Notes: generated from the sequence alone by a model not told the origin. Positions 19,014 through 29,877 are shown, counted from the stretch's first letter. The stretch is 56,382 nt of DNA from Chloroflexota bacterium (GCA_041302025.1 JBFYRY010000003.1:1-56382), one strand, 5' to 3'. Numbers and translations: made by a program.

Positions 19014-20536
19014 TTCAGTTCGCGAAGGTTATAGATCACATACCCTTCGCCCTCCGCAAAAATTCGATACATGGATAAACGCGCCTTCAATTCGGGTTGG
19101 AGCCTCAACTCATCGAAATCGGTCACAAGGAAATAATCCCTTCTCTTCATCACTTCATCGAACGCCTTATCGAACAGCACTTCGTTGCCGCGTAATTCAA
19201 AATAATACTCATCGCCCAAAGTGTACCAATTTTCGGCGGTGGTCAGCCCCCAATATTGCAGGCGCGAACCGTAATCCTGCGTCAGCCCGGCAACATTTTT
19301 CTGGTGATCGACCTTCCCGCCGATCTCCGCCCACATCGCGGCTTGCGGACGGTAATCCACAGCCTTCAACTCATCACGGACATCCCACACGACCGCGAAC
19401 ATGCCATAGAGCAGGATGATGACCAGGGCGCCTCGCATCCAACGATGGGAGGCTGATTCCGTTAAACGGGCGAAGAACCAATCCCCCAGCGGACTCAACG
19501 ACACCGCCACGATCGGGATGAACGGCAGGTGATAGTAATCATGTGTCGCGACGTGATAATCGAAGAACAATCCATAGACGATATACGCGCCCCACAACCC
19601 GAATAAAAAGACCCGCAGGTGTTTTTCCTTTGCGAGGACGAATCCCAGCAAACCCAGCGCGATGAACACCCCTCCCGCGGCATGGTCGACCATCGACTGC
19701 CATGCCAGATAATTCGTCGGGCTGAACAACAGCGACGGGATGAACCGTCCGCTGAACTGCCCGCCGAGATACCCGGCGATGAAGATTCCGTAAACGAGAT
19801 ACGCCGCCGCGGGCAGGATACCGAGCACTGCCATTACCCACACTTGAAGGTTCCACAACAGGTCACGGAAGGTGAGCCGCGCCAGCGCCAGTCCTAGCGC
19901 GGAGCCGATCACAAAAAAAGCGGCGGAAAATTTGATGTATATCGCAAGCCCGCCCAAAAGTCCCGCAAGAAGCGCTGTCGTCCAAGTCCATCTCCCTTTG
20001 GGAGAAACGGAGGCGAGGGTAATCCAGCGCGCGAACATCCACCAAAAAGCCAGCGTCAACATCACCATCAACGGGTCGGGCTGAAAACTTCGACTCCCCA
20101 TGACGGCGTACGGAAAGAACAAATAGTAGGCAGTTGAAAACAACGCGCCTTCAAAGGAAACAAGACCGCGCACAAGCATGAAAAGGAAGGCGCCGCCGAC
20201 CAGCCAGAAAAGTGATGCATAGATGCGCGCAATCCATACTTTTTCCCCGATGAAACGATACGTGAACGCCACCAGCCTCTCGAAGACCACCGGCTCCACA
20301 TCCGCTTTGCGTTTTGCCTGCGCGATGCCGGTCTCCAACTGCCATGTGGAGATGCCGTCAGGCTGGGTTTCGTAATACAAACCGCGAGCCTTGATCACTG
20401 AAACCAACTGGCGCGTGGGATGAAAATCAAGCGGCAGGTCGGTCAGGTCATACAACCGGATCGCGAATGCTACGCTAAAAAGCAAAACCAGCGCAACCAC
20501 GCGCATGGAGCGAGTCATGAAGAACGATTGGGACAT
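19010..20536 (-). CDS. GT-C fold membrane glycosyltransferase (ArnT/PMT-like)
   Basis: Polytopic; DFHPTRQ loop, SRSFQPD, HDYY. Confidence 0.8.
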   Translation of the reverse strand: MSQSFFMTRSMRVVALVLLFSVAFAIRLYDLTDLPLDFHPTRQLVSVIKARGLYYETQPDGISTWQLETGIAQAKRKADVEPVVFERLVAFTYRFIGEKVWIARIYASLFWLVGGAFLFMLVRGLVSFEGALFSTAYYLFFPYAVMGSRSFQPDPLMVMLTLAFWWMFARWITLASVSPKGRWTWTTALLAGLLGGLAIYIKFSAAFFVIGSALGLALARLTFRDLLWNLQVWVMAVLGILPAAAYLVYGIFIAGYLGGQFSGRFIPSLLFSPTNYLAWQSMVDHAAGGVFIALGLLGFVLAKEKHLRVFLFGLWGAYIVYGLFFDYHVATHDYYHLPFIPIVAVSLSPLGDWFFARLTESASHRWMRGALVIILLYGMFAVVWDVRDELKAVDYRPQAAMWAEIGGKVDHQKNVAGLTQDYGSRLQYWGLTTAENWYTLGDEYYFELRGNEVLFDKAFDEVMKRRDYFLVTDFDELRLQPELKARLSMYRIFAEGEGYVIYNLRELK

Positions 20537-20567
20537 GAGTCCGTGTATTTTATCAGATTCAGAGTTT

Positions 20568-21515
20568 CTACTTGTCGCCCGAAAAAGAACGCTTGCGGCG
20601 GCGTAAAATGGCTCCCCGCAAGGCGCCCAACCCGCTCACGTTCAGCAGTGCCGAGACAAAAATATTTAACCGTTTCAGTGCCGTGGGCGGATGGATGAAC
20701 AGCGCGCACATCCACGCCTTCAACGCGGACCAGGGCTGACCGCCATCGAGCAGATAACGGGCATCCACACGATGAGCGGAGGCACGTGCGCGTCTTTCCA
20801 CGCCGGAAATTGTTTCCGCCAAACCGGGCTGCTTCTTTACCCAATCCAATATACGGAAGGCTTCGTTCCCGAACTCCGCCGCTTTGGCTACATTCTTCGC
20901 ATCGGCATGATACCGTGCCGCAGACCAAGTCTGCGGTACGTGCAGGATCTTCCCCAGCATCGCGATGCGAATCCATAGCTGATGATCGAGTAGAAAGTGG
21001 AAAGTGGTATCGAGCAAGCCTGCTTTATTGAGCGCGTCCCTGCGGAAGAACACGCTCGGCTGACCGATGATCTGAAAACACACCAGATCCGCCAGGGATA
21101 ATTGCCCGTATTTCATGATATTCGTGGTCCGACCGTTCTCATCCACCGCCAGCATGTCGCTATAGATCAGCACCACATCCGGATGGGATTCAAACACCTT
21201 CACCGCCGCAGAAACGGCACCGGGTAGATAATAATCATCCGAGTTCAGCCAGGCGACGATCTCGCCCTTCGCCCGCGCAAATCCCTTATTGATGGCTTCC
21301 GCCTGACCCGAATCCTTTTCAGAAACCCAGTATGCCAGTTTGCCTTCATATTTTTTGATGACATCGACCGACCCATCCTTCGACGCACCGTCGATGACGA
21401 GATATTCAATGCGTGGATGATCCTGCTCCAGCACCGAGCGCATCGTCTGTTCGACGTAGCGCGCCTGGTTGAAGGACGGAGTAATAATGGAAACGAGAGG
21501 GGACGGTTGAGTCAT
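20568..21515 (-). CDS. Glycosyltransferase family 2 (paralog of 17314-18090)
   Basis: VSIITPSFNQ, IDGASKDG, WLNSDD. ATGA overlap at 21512-21515. Confidence 0.93.
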   Translation of the reverse strand: MTQPSPLVSIITPSFNQARYVEQTMRSVLEQDHPRIEYLVIDGASKDGSVDVIKKYEGKLAYWVSEKDSGQAEAINKGFARAKGEIVAWLNSDDYYLPGAVSAAVKVFESHPDVVLIYSDMLAVDENGRTTNIMKYGQLSLADLVCFQIIGQPSVFFRRDALNKAGLLDTTFHFLLDHQLWIRIAMLGKILHVPQTWSAARYHADAKNVAKAAEFGNEAFRILDWVKKQPGLAETISGVERRARASAHRVDARYLLDGGQPWSALKAWMCALFIHPPTALKRLNIFVSALLNVSGLGALRGAILRRRKRSFSGDK

Positions 21516-23311
21516 GGGGCAGGATAACACTCGTAGATGGTTAAACCGTCCAATTGCAGTATTATCCTAGCCGTAGCCAAATTAATCAATGGGCGTTTCG
21601 CGCCGTCCACGGGGGCAAGTGTTTCCGGCGAGTCGCTCTCACGGCTCACCGCCAAAAAAGCCCGCTGGAACTTCCCGGAACGCCGTACATAATCCAAAGG
21701 AATATCATACACGTTAAAGTAATATCGTATGATGGAAAGGGAGTTTGAACTGGCATTGACGATATCCCCTTCCCTAAGGTTATCCTTCAAATAAAGGACT
21801 GCAGTTTCAATACCGCTCTTCCGACTCCACCGCGCCGGGATACCCGGAATGGCCAATACACCGGATACAAAAACAGATATCACAACAACACCGGCAACGA
21901 TCTCTGCCAGATGTACTTTCCTTCGAAATGACGCAGAGATCAGTTCCAGTAAACCTGCGATCCCTCCCGCTGACCATATTAGCAACGGCGCGGCAAGAAA
22001 CAACCATGATCTGGCATTCATATCCGGGCGTCTGATAACTATGAGGGCAACGATCCAGACCAGAAACGCAATTGGAAGGGGAATCCTTTGCCGGGAAATC
22101 TTCTTGTGGAGCACCAAACTGGCAATCAATCCTGCAGTGCCGATCATGATGATCCAACCGGGAATGGCAGATGTCCAATCCAACCACATCATCCGAAGTC
22201 CATCCGCCAGAGAAGCAGGGAGTTCATTCCATCCCACCGGGGCAATGAACTGATTATGAAAGAACCGGTCATAATCGGTGATCAGGATCGGTACGTATAA
22301 AAATACCGTCAACAATGCGGAGGCAAACCCGGTCGTCAGCCAATATCCAATAAAATCCAGCCTGGAACGATAAGCCCCAAGGTCGCCGACAGCCCAGGAT
22401 AGGAAAAGCCAGAGATACAAGGCTCCAAATGGGAACAACATGATGGGAACGGTATAGAATCCCGCTGTGGAAAGGATGATTAGCAAAAACCATGCAAAGC
22501 GGTTTTTATTTTTCCCCACATCATCCCCGATGATCAAGATCAACAAAGTCACCAGGCTGATAATCCCATATCCTCGCGCCCAGACGGAATACATGATCAA
22601 GATCGGGAAAACTGTTATCAAAGCGGCGCTTAAGAAGGCGGCGCTCCTCCCGTATAACTTTCGCGCCAACACATAACCGGCAGGGACCATCAACACCCCG
22701 GCGACCATGGTTGGCAATCGGATCAGCCATACATGGTTGCCGAAAAGATGCGTCAATATGTTGATCATGATACTCAGGAGCACATGATTATTCGGCAGGT
22801 GATAATCGGAGACGGTCTGCCACAATGATCCGGATGCAAAGGCATTATAGGTATATGCTTCATCCGCAAGGAGTGGCGCATTTAATTGGGAGAACCGTAA
22901 CACAATCGCCGCCAGCATCAACCCACCCAGGGCAAGGAGTTCCACCCGGCTTTGACGAGCCCATCCATCACGCACGCTATGAAAGAAGAACCAGGCATCC
23001 TGGCGAAATAGAATGGCAAATTCCTTGATCGCAGTGAAAAGTCGATGGAAGTATTCCCGGGATCTCTCCCACCGGAAGAACATAAAACCGGAAAACACAC
23101 CAAGGCATAGACCCGCCCACCGTATCGGACCTCTTGCCGTTTGGAAACGGTCGGAAGTAAACGATTCAAAATGACCATCCTCCGAGATGTCACTGAACAA
23201 TGATTCCATGGTTACAAAGGATTGGATGGATATCAAAACCATCAGCAATCCGAAAAAAAACATGCTATAAAACAATATGCGTAACGGCAGAATGGGATAA
23301 TTATTTTTCAT
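21512..23311 (-). CDS. GT-C fold glycosyltransferase (family 39-like)
   Basis: DEAYTY, DYHLPNNH, RLPT, ARGY motifs; polytopic. Confidence 0.82.
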   Translation of the reverse strand: MKNNYPILPLRILFYSMFFFGLLMVLISIQSFVTMESLFSDISEDGHFESFTSDRFQTARGPIRWAGLCLGVFSGFMFFRWERSREYFHRLFTAIKEFAILFRQDAWFFFHSVRDGWARQSRVELLALGGLMLAAIVLRFSQLNAPLLADEAYTYNAFASGSLWQTVSDYHLPNNHVLLSIMINILTHLFGNHVWLIRLPTMVAGVLMVPAGYVLARKLYGRSAAFLSAALITVFPILIMYSVWARGYGIISLVTLLILIIGDDVGKNKNRFAWFLLIILSTAGFYTVPIMLFPFGALYLWLFLSWAVGDLGAYRSRLDFIGYWLTTGFASALLTVFLYVPILITDYDRFFHNQFIAPVGWNELPASLADGLRMMWLDWTSAIPGWIIMIGTAGLIASLVLHKKISRQRIPLPIAFLVWIVALIVIRRPDMNARSWLFLAAPLLIWSAGGIAGLLELISASFRRKVHLAEIVAGVVVISVFVSGVLAIPGIPARWSRKSGIETAVLYLKDNLREGDIVNASSNSLSIIRYYFNVYDIPLDYVRRSGKFQRAFLAVSRESDSPETLAPVDGAKRPLINLATARIILQLDGLTIYECYPAP

Positions 23312-23472
23312 TTTATCAGGGAGGAATCGAACGACCCTATATAGCGGATGCAGTCACTCTAAAAAGATTATATGCTCCTTTGAAGACGTATTTCTTGCAA
23401 AACCATTGAACAAATTAAGGTTCAACTATAAATTTAAAATGGAAATGACGGCAGTAAGCGTCCCCTGCACTG

Positions 23473-25275
23473 TCAGGGTACGGGATCTCCTTTGTAAACG
23501 GTCAGATCCCCAAGGTCCAGAACGATCCGCAACGCATCCATATCTACCGCAGGTATAGTATTCTTTCTACCCACCATCGGCACCACCTCTTCCAATGTGC
23601 CGCGCCATTTCTTTCCCATCACGATAAAGACTCGCTGAAACTGACCTGATTTCCTCAAATAATCCTGATCGATCTCATAGATCCCAAAGTAATAGCGTAA
23701 TTGCGGGAAGTATTCGATACTGGCAGTCACCAGGTCACCCTCACGAAGATTTTCCTTGAGATAAAGCGCGGCTTTCTCCACGCTCGATTTTTCCGCCCAG
23801 CGCACAGGGATGGTGAAAACAGTGAAGGCTCCAAAGAGAAAGATCGTTGCCAGTGAAATACCGAGAAAGCCGCGAACCAGCGGAAGTCGACTGCGAAACA
23901 ATCCTGAGAGCAATTGCAGCGCTCCAACGATCCCACCCGCTGACCAGATCAATAAGGGCGCTGCAAGATATAGCCACATGCGCGTCATTATATCCGGGCG
24001 TCTGGCGATGACGTAGGCGCCGACCCAGAGGAAGAACGTCAATTGCAGTGGGATCTTTTGGCTGGATATCTTGAAGTGAAGAAGTATGCTCAGCACAAAA
24101 CCGGCAACACCCAGCATGACAAGCCAGTCCGGGATCGTCTTCATCCAGTCTGCCCAGATCAATTCCACCCTTGACGACAAAATGACAAGAAAGACATCTT
24201 TCTTCAAAGGCATAACAAAGGAATTGCCAAAGAAATTTTCGGAATCCTTGATAAAGATTGGCGCATAGAGGAGCACGGTCAGGAATGCCGACGCGAATCC
24301 GCTGACCAGCCAATATTTGAGAAAATCAAGTTTCGAGCGGTATCCGCTGACATCGCCGATGATGCAGGAAAGAAAAAGCCAGATGTACAGCGCCCCGAAC
24401 GGAAACATCATGATCGGGATCGTAAAGAAACCGAGAGCATTCGTGACGACAAGCAACACCCACACAAAGCGGTTTTTATCCTGCCGGACCAGGTCTCCCC
24501 AGATCAGAATCAGCAGGGTAAACAGGTTCACAAAAGCGTAACCACGCGCTAACACTGAATACTCAACAAGGATGGGGAATACTGCCACGAGCGCTGCGCC
24601 AAGCAATCCCGCCTCACCACCATACCATCTTCTGCCCAGAAGATATGCGGCAGGTACGAGCAGGATCCCTGCAACGATGGTCGGAAGCCGTATCAACCAC
24701 AGGTGATTCCCGAATACATGTGTCAGGATATTGATGATGATGGTCAGGAGCACGTGATTGTTGGGCAGGTGGTAATCGGTTAGCACCACCCACAACGACC
24801 TCGAAGCAAAGGCGTTATACATATACGCCTCATCGTGAGTCAATGGAATGGTTAAATTCGCCAGCCGTACCGCCAAAGCGACCAGTGTCAGTCCGGGAAC
24901 CAGCCAGCGGTCAGCACGCTTCCATGCAGAGAACGACAACGAATCGAAAAACATCCGCGCGTCACTCCATAATGATGCATTGAATGTACCGATCTGCGCT
25001 GAAATCTTTTCAAGCGACTGACGGGACTTCTCCCATCCTGCGAGCACGATCCCTGGAAAGACGATCATTGTCAGCCCGAACAAACCCACCCATCGGGAGA
25101 AGGTGTGATAACGTTCCAGCGTAAAGGACTCAAATTTGCCGTCGGACGCCAGACCGTTCAGCCAACCGGCAACGGTTTCGAATGGAAGAAAAGAAATGAA
25201 TGCCAGCAGGATGCCAAGAACGAACAGGACGATCAGAAGCCAGCGGACGATAGAGAAGGATGAGGGACGCTTCAT
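23473..25275 (-). CDS. GT-C fold glycosyltransferase (family 39-like), tandem paralog
   Basis: DEAYMY, DYHLPNNH, RLPT, ARGY; colinear with 21512-23311. Confidence 0.82.
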   Translation of the reverse strand: MKRPSSFSIVRWLLIVLFVLGILLAFISFLPFETVAGWLNGLASDGKFESFTLERYHTFSRWVGLFGLTMIVFPGIVLAGWEKSRQSLEKISAQIGTFNASLWSDARMFFDSLSFSAWKRADRWLVPGLTLVALAVRLANLTIPLTHDEAYMYNAFASRSLWVVLTDYHLPNNHVLLTIIINILTHVFGNHLWLIRLPTIVAGILLVPAAYLLGRRWYGGEAGLLGAALVAVFPILVEYSVLARGYAFVNLFTLLILIWGDLVRQDKNRFVWVLLVVTNALGFFTIPIMMFPFGALYIWLFLSCIIGDVSGYRSKLDFLKYWLVSGFASAFLTVLLYAPIFIKDSENFFGNSFVMPLKKDVFLVILSSRVELIWADWMKTIPDWLVMLGVAGFVLSILLHFKISSQKIPLQLTFFLWVGAYVIARRPDIMTRMWLYLAAPLLIWSAGGIVGALQLLSGLFRSRLPLVRGFLGISLATIFLFGAFTVFTIPVRWAEKSSVEKAALYLKENLREGDLVTASIEYFPQLRYYFGIYEIDQDYLRKSGQFQRVFIVMGKKWRGTLEEVVPMVGRKNTIPAVDMDALRIVLDLGDLTVYKGDPVP

Positions 25276-25297
25276 ACGACGTGTTGACCTGATCCCG

Positions 25298-26113
25298 TTA
25301 AAACAGGGACTCGTACTCCACCTTGGGAAATACCGTCAACTTCCCGCCGACGGTTGCATCCACCACCTCGCGCCCGGCTTTGCGATAGGCTTCGCGCGCA
25401 AAGGTGTACCCGATCTCGGAGGTGTCCAGGTCGGGCAGTTGCCATTTGATTCCTTTGCCAAAATAACGTGGATCAAAGTGGTTGGGATCGTCGCCTGTTG
25501 AAACAACAGTCTTGTTCGCTTCGCCTTTGTCTTTGAAGTTATGGTCCACACCAATGAGAATGGCTTTCCCAATGCCCATGTGATAAGCAAGTTGCAACGC
25601 AAGGTTAGTAACCGTCGCACCTTCCCAGATTCGTCCGCGTACATCGGTTGCAAAGCGGGGACCAGTATAAGAGGTGTAAACGAAGGTTGGAATATCTGTG
25701 AGCGACATCTCCTGCTTGAAATGCCTATGCGACCTCCACGCAATAAAACGAGGAATCGGGAGCGCAACAAGGTCATCGGCAAATTGCTCAGCAACAAGAT
25801 CATTCGTCACACAAATATAAGAAGTAGTGAATCCAAGGTCAGGGAATGCTAGATAAAACCGATTCATCGCAAAGGTGACTTCGCCCTTTAGCTTGCTGAG
25901 ATCGGTCTGTTTGAGGGAAGGTCCATTGCCAATGATGAAGGCACGCTTGCCTTTGTGCATGTCTTTCATCTCAGCAAGACGCCTGATGCTCTCCCGCCGC
26001 CAGGGATGCAAATAAGCATCCGGCAGTTCGGGCAGGCGGCGGACCGCGTCATAACTATCGCGGGCAAATGCCCAGAGAGGCTGGGGGACGATTCTTTTTA
26101 GCGTTTGTTTCAT
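25298..26113 (-). CDS. DUF115 / Maf-like (MptE-like) protein, candidate ulosonic-acid transferase
   Basis: Start ATG 26113. IIGNGPSL, QLAYHMG, LIGVDH, DPNHF..YF. Confidence 0.78.
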   Translation of the reverse strand: MKQTLKRIVPQPLWAFARDSYDAVRRLPELPDAYLHPWRRESIRRLAEMKDMHKGKRAFIIGNGPSLKQTDLSKLKGEVTFAMNRFYLAFPDLGFTTSYICVTNDLVAEQFADDLVALPIPRFIAWRSHRHFKQEMSLTDIPTFVYTSYTGPRFATDVRGRIWEGATVTNLALQLAYHMGIGKAILIGVDHNFKDKGEANKTVVSTGDDPNHFDPRYFGKGIKWQLPDLDTSEIGYTFAREAYRKAGREVVDATVGGKLTVFPKVEYESLF

Positions 26114-26463
26114 GCAGAGAGAAATTCCTTGCGGGCATAAACCAGCGAAACCAGCGTGACGATATTCAGAAGCACAAAGAGCAGATCCGCGAGACCGAAC
26201 TGGTCGAAGATTGTCGGGACAATGTTGAGCGCAAGCACGAAGATCGAAAAATAGAAAATGAACTTTGTTCTTTTGGGCAACTGCCAGGCGCAAAAACCCA
26301 TCAGCACAGCATCGCCAAACATGACGACAGCATAGAACACATACAAAATGGCCCGGTTAGGGTTGGTGAAAATCCGTAAAAGGGATCCGACACCGAATAC
26401 AACGAGAACCGCAAATGTGAATATGAAGAGATAGCGTGTTATTTGGAAGGGCGTGAGCTTCAT
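26110..26463 (-). CDS. Small four-TM hypothetical membrane protein
   Basis: 117 aa hydrophobic ORF tightly coupled to both neighbours. Confidence 0.7.
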   Translation of the reverse strand: MKLTPFQITRYLFIFTFAVLVVFGVGSLLRIFTNPNRAILYVFYAVVMFGDAVLMGFCAWQLPKRTKFIFYFSIFVLALNIVPTIFDQFGLADLLFVLLNIVTLVSLVYARKEFLSA

Positions 26464-26466
26464 TTT

Positions 26467-27228
26467 TTATTCCGTACTCAGTCTTGCCGTTGCACCGCCA
26501 TCTACAACCAACGCCTGCCCTGTCATAAACGACGATTGCTCATTATCTGCCAGGAAGTAGATCGCGTACGCAATTTCCTCAGGCTTGCCGACCTTCCCGC
26601 TGACAGTTTTGCGCGCAAGATTATCGAGCCGTTCCTGCACATCGCCGCCACCGACATGTCCGCGCCCAAGTCCCGCACGGAGCATGGGCGTATCCACCGC
26701 GCCGGGGAGGATGGCATTGACTCGGATATTATCGGGCGCGAACTCAATTGCCATGGCACGCGTCAACGCCAGCAACCCGCCCTTCGACGCGGCGTACGCG
26801 GCAATGTTCGCGGATGTCTGTATCGCATGAACCGAAGAGACATTCACCACCGCCCCGCCTCCTGCGGCTTTCATCAACGGATGCGCCAACTTGACAAACA
26901 AAAACACGGAGCGTAAATTGGATGCCATGACTGCGTCCCATTCTTCGACAGTCGTTTCGACCAACGGTTTCGCCACTTGCACCGCGGCGTTGTTCACAAG
27001 CACATCCAACGTGAGGCTGAACTCCCGCGCCTGCTGAAAGATGGTTTCAACCGAGTCGGGATGTGAAATATCCGCCTTGATGAACCGCCCGTCCGTTGGG
27101 AAATCTTCGCCAAAGTCTGAACGGTCAACGCCAATGACGCGCCAACCCTTCCCTGCGAAATGATGGATGCAGGCACGACCAATCCCTCCGCCTGCCCCAG
27201 TAATAAGAACTACCTTTGATTCTTTCAT
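26467..27228 (-). CDS. Short-chain dehydrogenase/reductase (SDR)
   Basis: TGAGGGIG, NNAA, YAASK, PGAVDT. Confidence 0.93.
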   Translation of the reverse strand: MKESKVVLITGAGGGIGRACIHHFAGKGWRVIGVDRSDFGEDFPTDGRFIKADISHPDSVETIFQQAREFSLTLDVLVNNAAVQVAKPLVETTVEEWDAVMASNLRSVFLFVKLAHPLMKAAGGGAVVNVSSVHAIQTSANIAAYAASKGGLLALTRAMAIEFAPDNIRVNAILPGAVDTPMLRAGLGRGHVGGGDVQERLDNLARKTVSGKVGKPEEIAYAIYFLADNEQSSFMTGQALVVDGGATARLSTE

Positions 27229-27257
27229 CTTTCCTCTTTCATAATGCGCAATACGAA

Positions 27258-28226
27258 CTATGCAGTACGCAAATCATTCAAACCACTCGCATCGATCCCC
27301 AGCCCATCCAGCAGATTTTTGATCGTGTTCCAATGCACCCGCTCCCACGCGGACGGGCTGGAATTGGTGTTATGCGGGGCAAGCATGACGTTATCCATCT
27401 TCATTAACGGACTATCATGGGGTAATGGTTCCACTTCGAAGACGTCCAATGCGGCTCCTGCGAGACGTTTAGCCTGCAACGCTTCGATCAAACTTTTCTC
27501 GTCTATGAGCGGTCCGCGCGCGGTATTGATGATGACGGCGGTTGGCTTCATGAGCGCAAATGTGTCGGCGTTCATGATGTGATGGGAGGTTGGGTTGAGA
27601 TCGCAGTTGACGGAGACGAAATCGGAATTAGAGAGTAGAGACTGGAGAGTAGTCATTTCAATTCCGGTCTCGGAGACAAAGACATGGTCGATATCCACGA
27701 TGTCATTGCCGTAGACTTTCATACCAAAGGCGCGCGCGCGGCGGGTCACTGCTTTTCCGATATTGCCCACCCCGACAATGCCAAGCGCACATTCACTGAG
27801 AGACCTGCCTGGAATTTTTTCCCATTTGCCTGATTTCATTTCCCTGTCCATCCACGGTTGGCGGCGGGCGAAGGCGAGCATGTATGCCAGGACCGAATCC
27901 GCTACGGGGGTGGTGAACGCGTTCAAGGTGCGTCCAATTTTTATTGAATAACGGGAACAGGCTTCGGCGTCGATCGAATCGATACCAGTCCCCCACTTGG
28001 AGATGATCTTGAGGCGCGGGGAGCAGGCTTGGATGACGCGCAAGGTGTAGCGGTCATCACCGCAAATGGTTCCGTCGAATTGACCCGCGTATTGGAGGAG
28101 GTGATCTTCCTCCATGCGCTCTCGCACGTCGGGGATGATGAGTTCGATGCCGTACTTATCGAAGACGGGCTTGAAGCGATCCACAAAGGGAATCATGTAA
28201 GGGGCGGTGAAAAGGACGGTCGGCAT
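27258..28226 (-). CDS. Phosphoglycerate-dehydrogenase-like D-2-hydroxyacid dehydrogenase
   Basis: GTGIDSID, GVGNIG, NTARG, ALDVFEVEP, PHN. Confidence 0.88.
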   Translation of the reverse strand: MPTVLFTAPYMIPFVDRFKPVFDKYGIELIIPDVRERMEEDHLLQYAGQFDGTICGDDRYTLRVIQACSPRLKIISKWGTGIDSIDAEACSRYSIKIGRTLNAFTTPVADSVLAYMLAFARRQPWMDREMKSGKWEKIPGRSLSECALGIVGVGNIGKAVTRRARAFGMKVYGNDIVDIDHVFVSETGIEMTTLQSLLSNSDFVSVNCDLNPTSHHIMNADTFALMKPTAVIINTARGPLIDEKSLIEALQAKRLAGAALDVFEVEPLPHDSPLMKMDNVMLAPHNTNSSPSAWERVHWNTIKNLLDGLGIDASGLNDLRTA

Positions 28227-28900
28227 TATTTGTTTTCCATTCTCATGCGCATGAGGATGTTCGCAATTTGGAAATCAGACTCTTCGTCAATATCCACGGC
28301 TTCGAGGCGCGGGATTTCGAACATCAACGGATGATCGCTGATGCGGTGACGTTTGGCGATGAGGTTCTCGCGGGTAAAAATGTAGATACAGGAGTTTTCT
28401 TCGTACACAGGAGGCAGGTCCTGTGTTTGGATGAGTTCGCGCGGGTTGTGGTTGACAGCATTTCCATCCTTGTCATAAAAACGAGTCTGCCAGCGTGTGA
28501 CAGAGAAAAGGGAATCTTGTTTGGGGTAATTGGTAAGTAGTAATTGAATGGCGCGTGAGATCGTCCCGGCTTTGAGCAAGGGATTGGTGCTGTGCGTTTG
28601 CAAATAATAATCGGCGGGATATAGCCCGGTATCATGGATGAGGATTTCATTCATCGGCATATCGTCGGCACGGAGGTGTTCAGGACGATCGATGATCTTC
28701 ACCTGCGGGAAGTCTTTTTGCAACCCGTTCATGACGGGATCGGAGTCCGTATCCACAACGATCTCATCTATCTCAGGAACGGCGAGAAGCGTTTCGATGA
28801 TGTGCTGATAGAGCGGCTTCCCCGCAAGGTCGCGGTAGTTTTTGCCAGGCACACGCTGGCTGTGGTGTCGCATGGGGACAAGGGCGATGAGTTTTGTCAT
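28226..28900 (-). CDS. Acylneuraminate (ulosonate) cytidylyltransferase family
   Basis: PMR..SQRVPGKN, VDTD, HSTNP, TQDL..YEENS, DID...DF. Confidence 0.88.
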   Translation of the reverse strand: MTKLIALVPMRHHSQRVPGKNYRDLAGKPLYQHIIETLLAVPEIDEIVVDTDSDPVMNGLQKDFPQVKIIDRPEHLRADDMPMNEILIHDTGLYPADYYLQTHSTNPLLKAGTISRAIQLLLTNYPKQDSLFSVTRWQTRFYDKDGNAVNHNPRELIQTQDLPPVYEENSCIYIFTRENLIAKRHRISDHPLMFEIPRLEAVDIDEESDFQIANILMRMRMENK

Positions 28901-28903
28901 AGG

Positions 28904-29836
28904 TTATTGATTATACCGAATCGGCTCTACATCTCTTTTGCCCTCACCTTTCCTCTTTCTTTCCCGCGCATAATAAAATGTCTCGCGCAGCTGCGGCGTG
29001 ACAAGGCTGGTCTCGCGATGTCCCATGCGCGTGCCGTGAAATTGCATAAAACGAAACCAGAAGATCGAAGCGATGTTCTTCCACAGCACATGCTCACACG
29101 CCGCATGCCACAAATCGCTGAAGATATTTGTTGTGGTCAAACGCACGAAGTCATAGACATTGAAATGAGATTCGGGGTATATCTTCTTAAAAGCCATCGC
29201 TTCACGGCGATAACGGTTGTAGACTCCGCGTGGAGTTTCGTTGTGGATGTGGATGATCTCGGCTTCGGCGACATACGCAATAGCATGACCCTGCTCTTTC
29301 GCCCATTTTGCCCAGGCGAGGTCTTCGAGACCCGTCAGCGTTTCGTCGTAGGGATTTTTCTTCCACAAACTTTTTCGGATGGCGGCATTGGCATTGTTGC
29401 AAAACGAGGTGGGTTGATCCGGCTTACTTTCATCGGTATACCATTGATGAAAGATCTGATGTTCGGAGTATTTCGCGTCAGTGGGTCCGCGCTGTTTGCC
29501 GTAGGTCAAGGCGACGCGCTCATCTTCAAACGGACGGAGCAGACTCTCGATCCAATCGGGATAGACGGGGTAGACATGCGCGCTGGCAATGACGACAAAT
29601 TCACGCGTCGCCGCCCGGACCCCAAAATTGAGCGACCGCCCAAACGTGAACTCCACTGACGGGATATGCACAATCCGCGCGTCAAAGGATTCGGCAACGG
29701 GAACGGTCCCATCGGTCGAGCCCGAATCGACGAGGACAATCTCCACATCCCTGATTGTCTGCTGTCGAATCCCCTCCAGCAGACGTCCTATGTGCCTTTC
29801 TTCGTTATAGGCGCGGATGACGATGGAGCAGGTCAT
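28904..29836 (-). CDS. Glycosyltransferase family 2 (rhamnosyltransferase-like)
   Basis: SIVIRAYNEE, VDSGSTDG, FTFGRSLN, YGKQ, ED..WA. Confidence 0.9.
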   Translation of the reverse strand: MTCSIVIRAYNEERHIGRLLEGIRQQTIRDVEIVLVDSGSTDGTVPVAESFDARIVHIPSVEFTFGRSLNFGVRAATREFVVIASAHVYPVYPDWIESLLRPFEDERVALTYGKQRGPTDAKYSEHQIFHQWYTDESKPDQPTSFCNNANAAIRKSLWKKNPYDETLTGLEDLAWAKWAKEQGHAIAYVAEAEIIHIHNETPRGVYNRYRREAMAFKKIYPESHFNVYDFVRLTTTNIFSDLWHAACEHVLWKNIASIFWFRFMQFHGTRMGHRETSLVTPQLRETFYYARERKRKGEGKRDVEPIRYNQ

Positions 29837-29842
29837 AAAGGC

Positions 29843-29870
29843 AATCGGGAGTCGGGATTTGGGAATCGGA
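29843..29870. repeat. Heptamer array (AATCGGG x4), 3' flank of the four-helix-bundle gene
   Basis: aatcggg agtcggg atttggg aatcgga. Confidence 0.7.
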
Positions 29871-29877
29871 GGATGGG

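Noticed and set aside
23345-23375. Fourth ECF promoter copy (also considered 40170-40195)
   Set aside because: GCATC is present but the -35 TGCAAC is absent or wrongly spaced.
28634-29659. 341-aa plus-strand ORF
   Set aside because: Antisense shadow of the GT2 and cytidylyltransferase genes, with no motifs.
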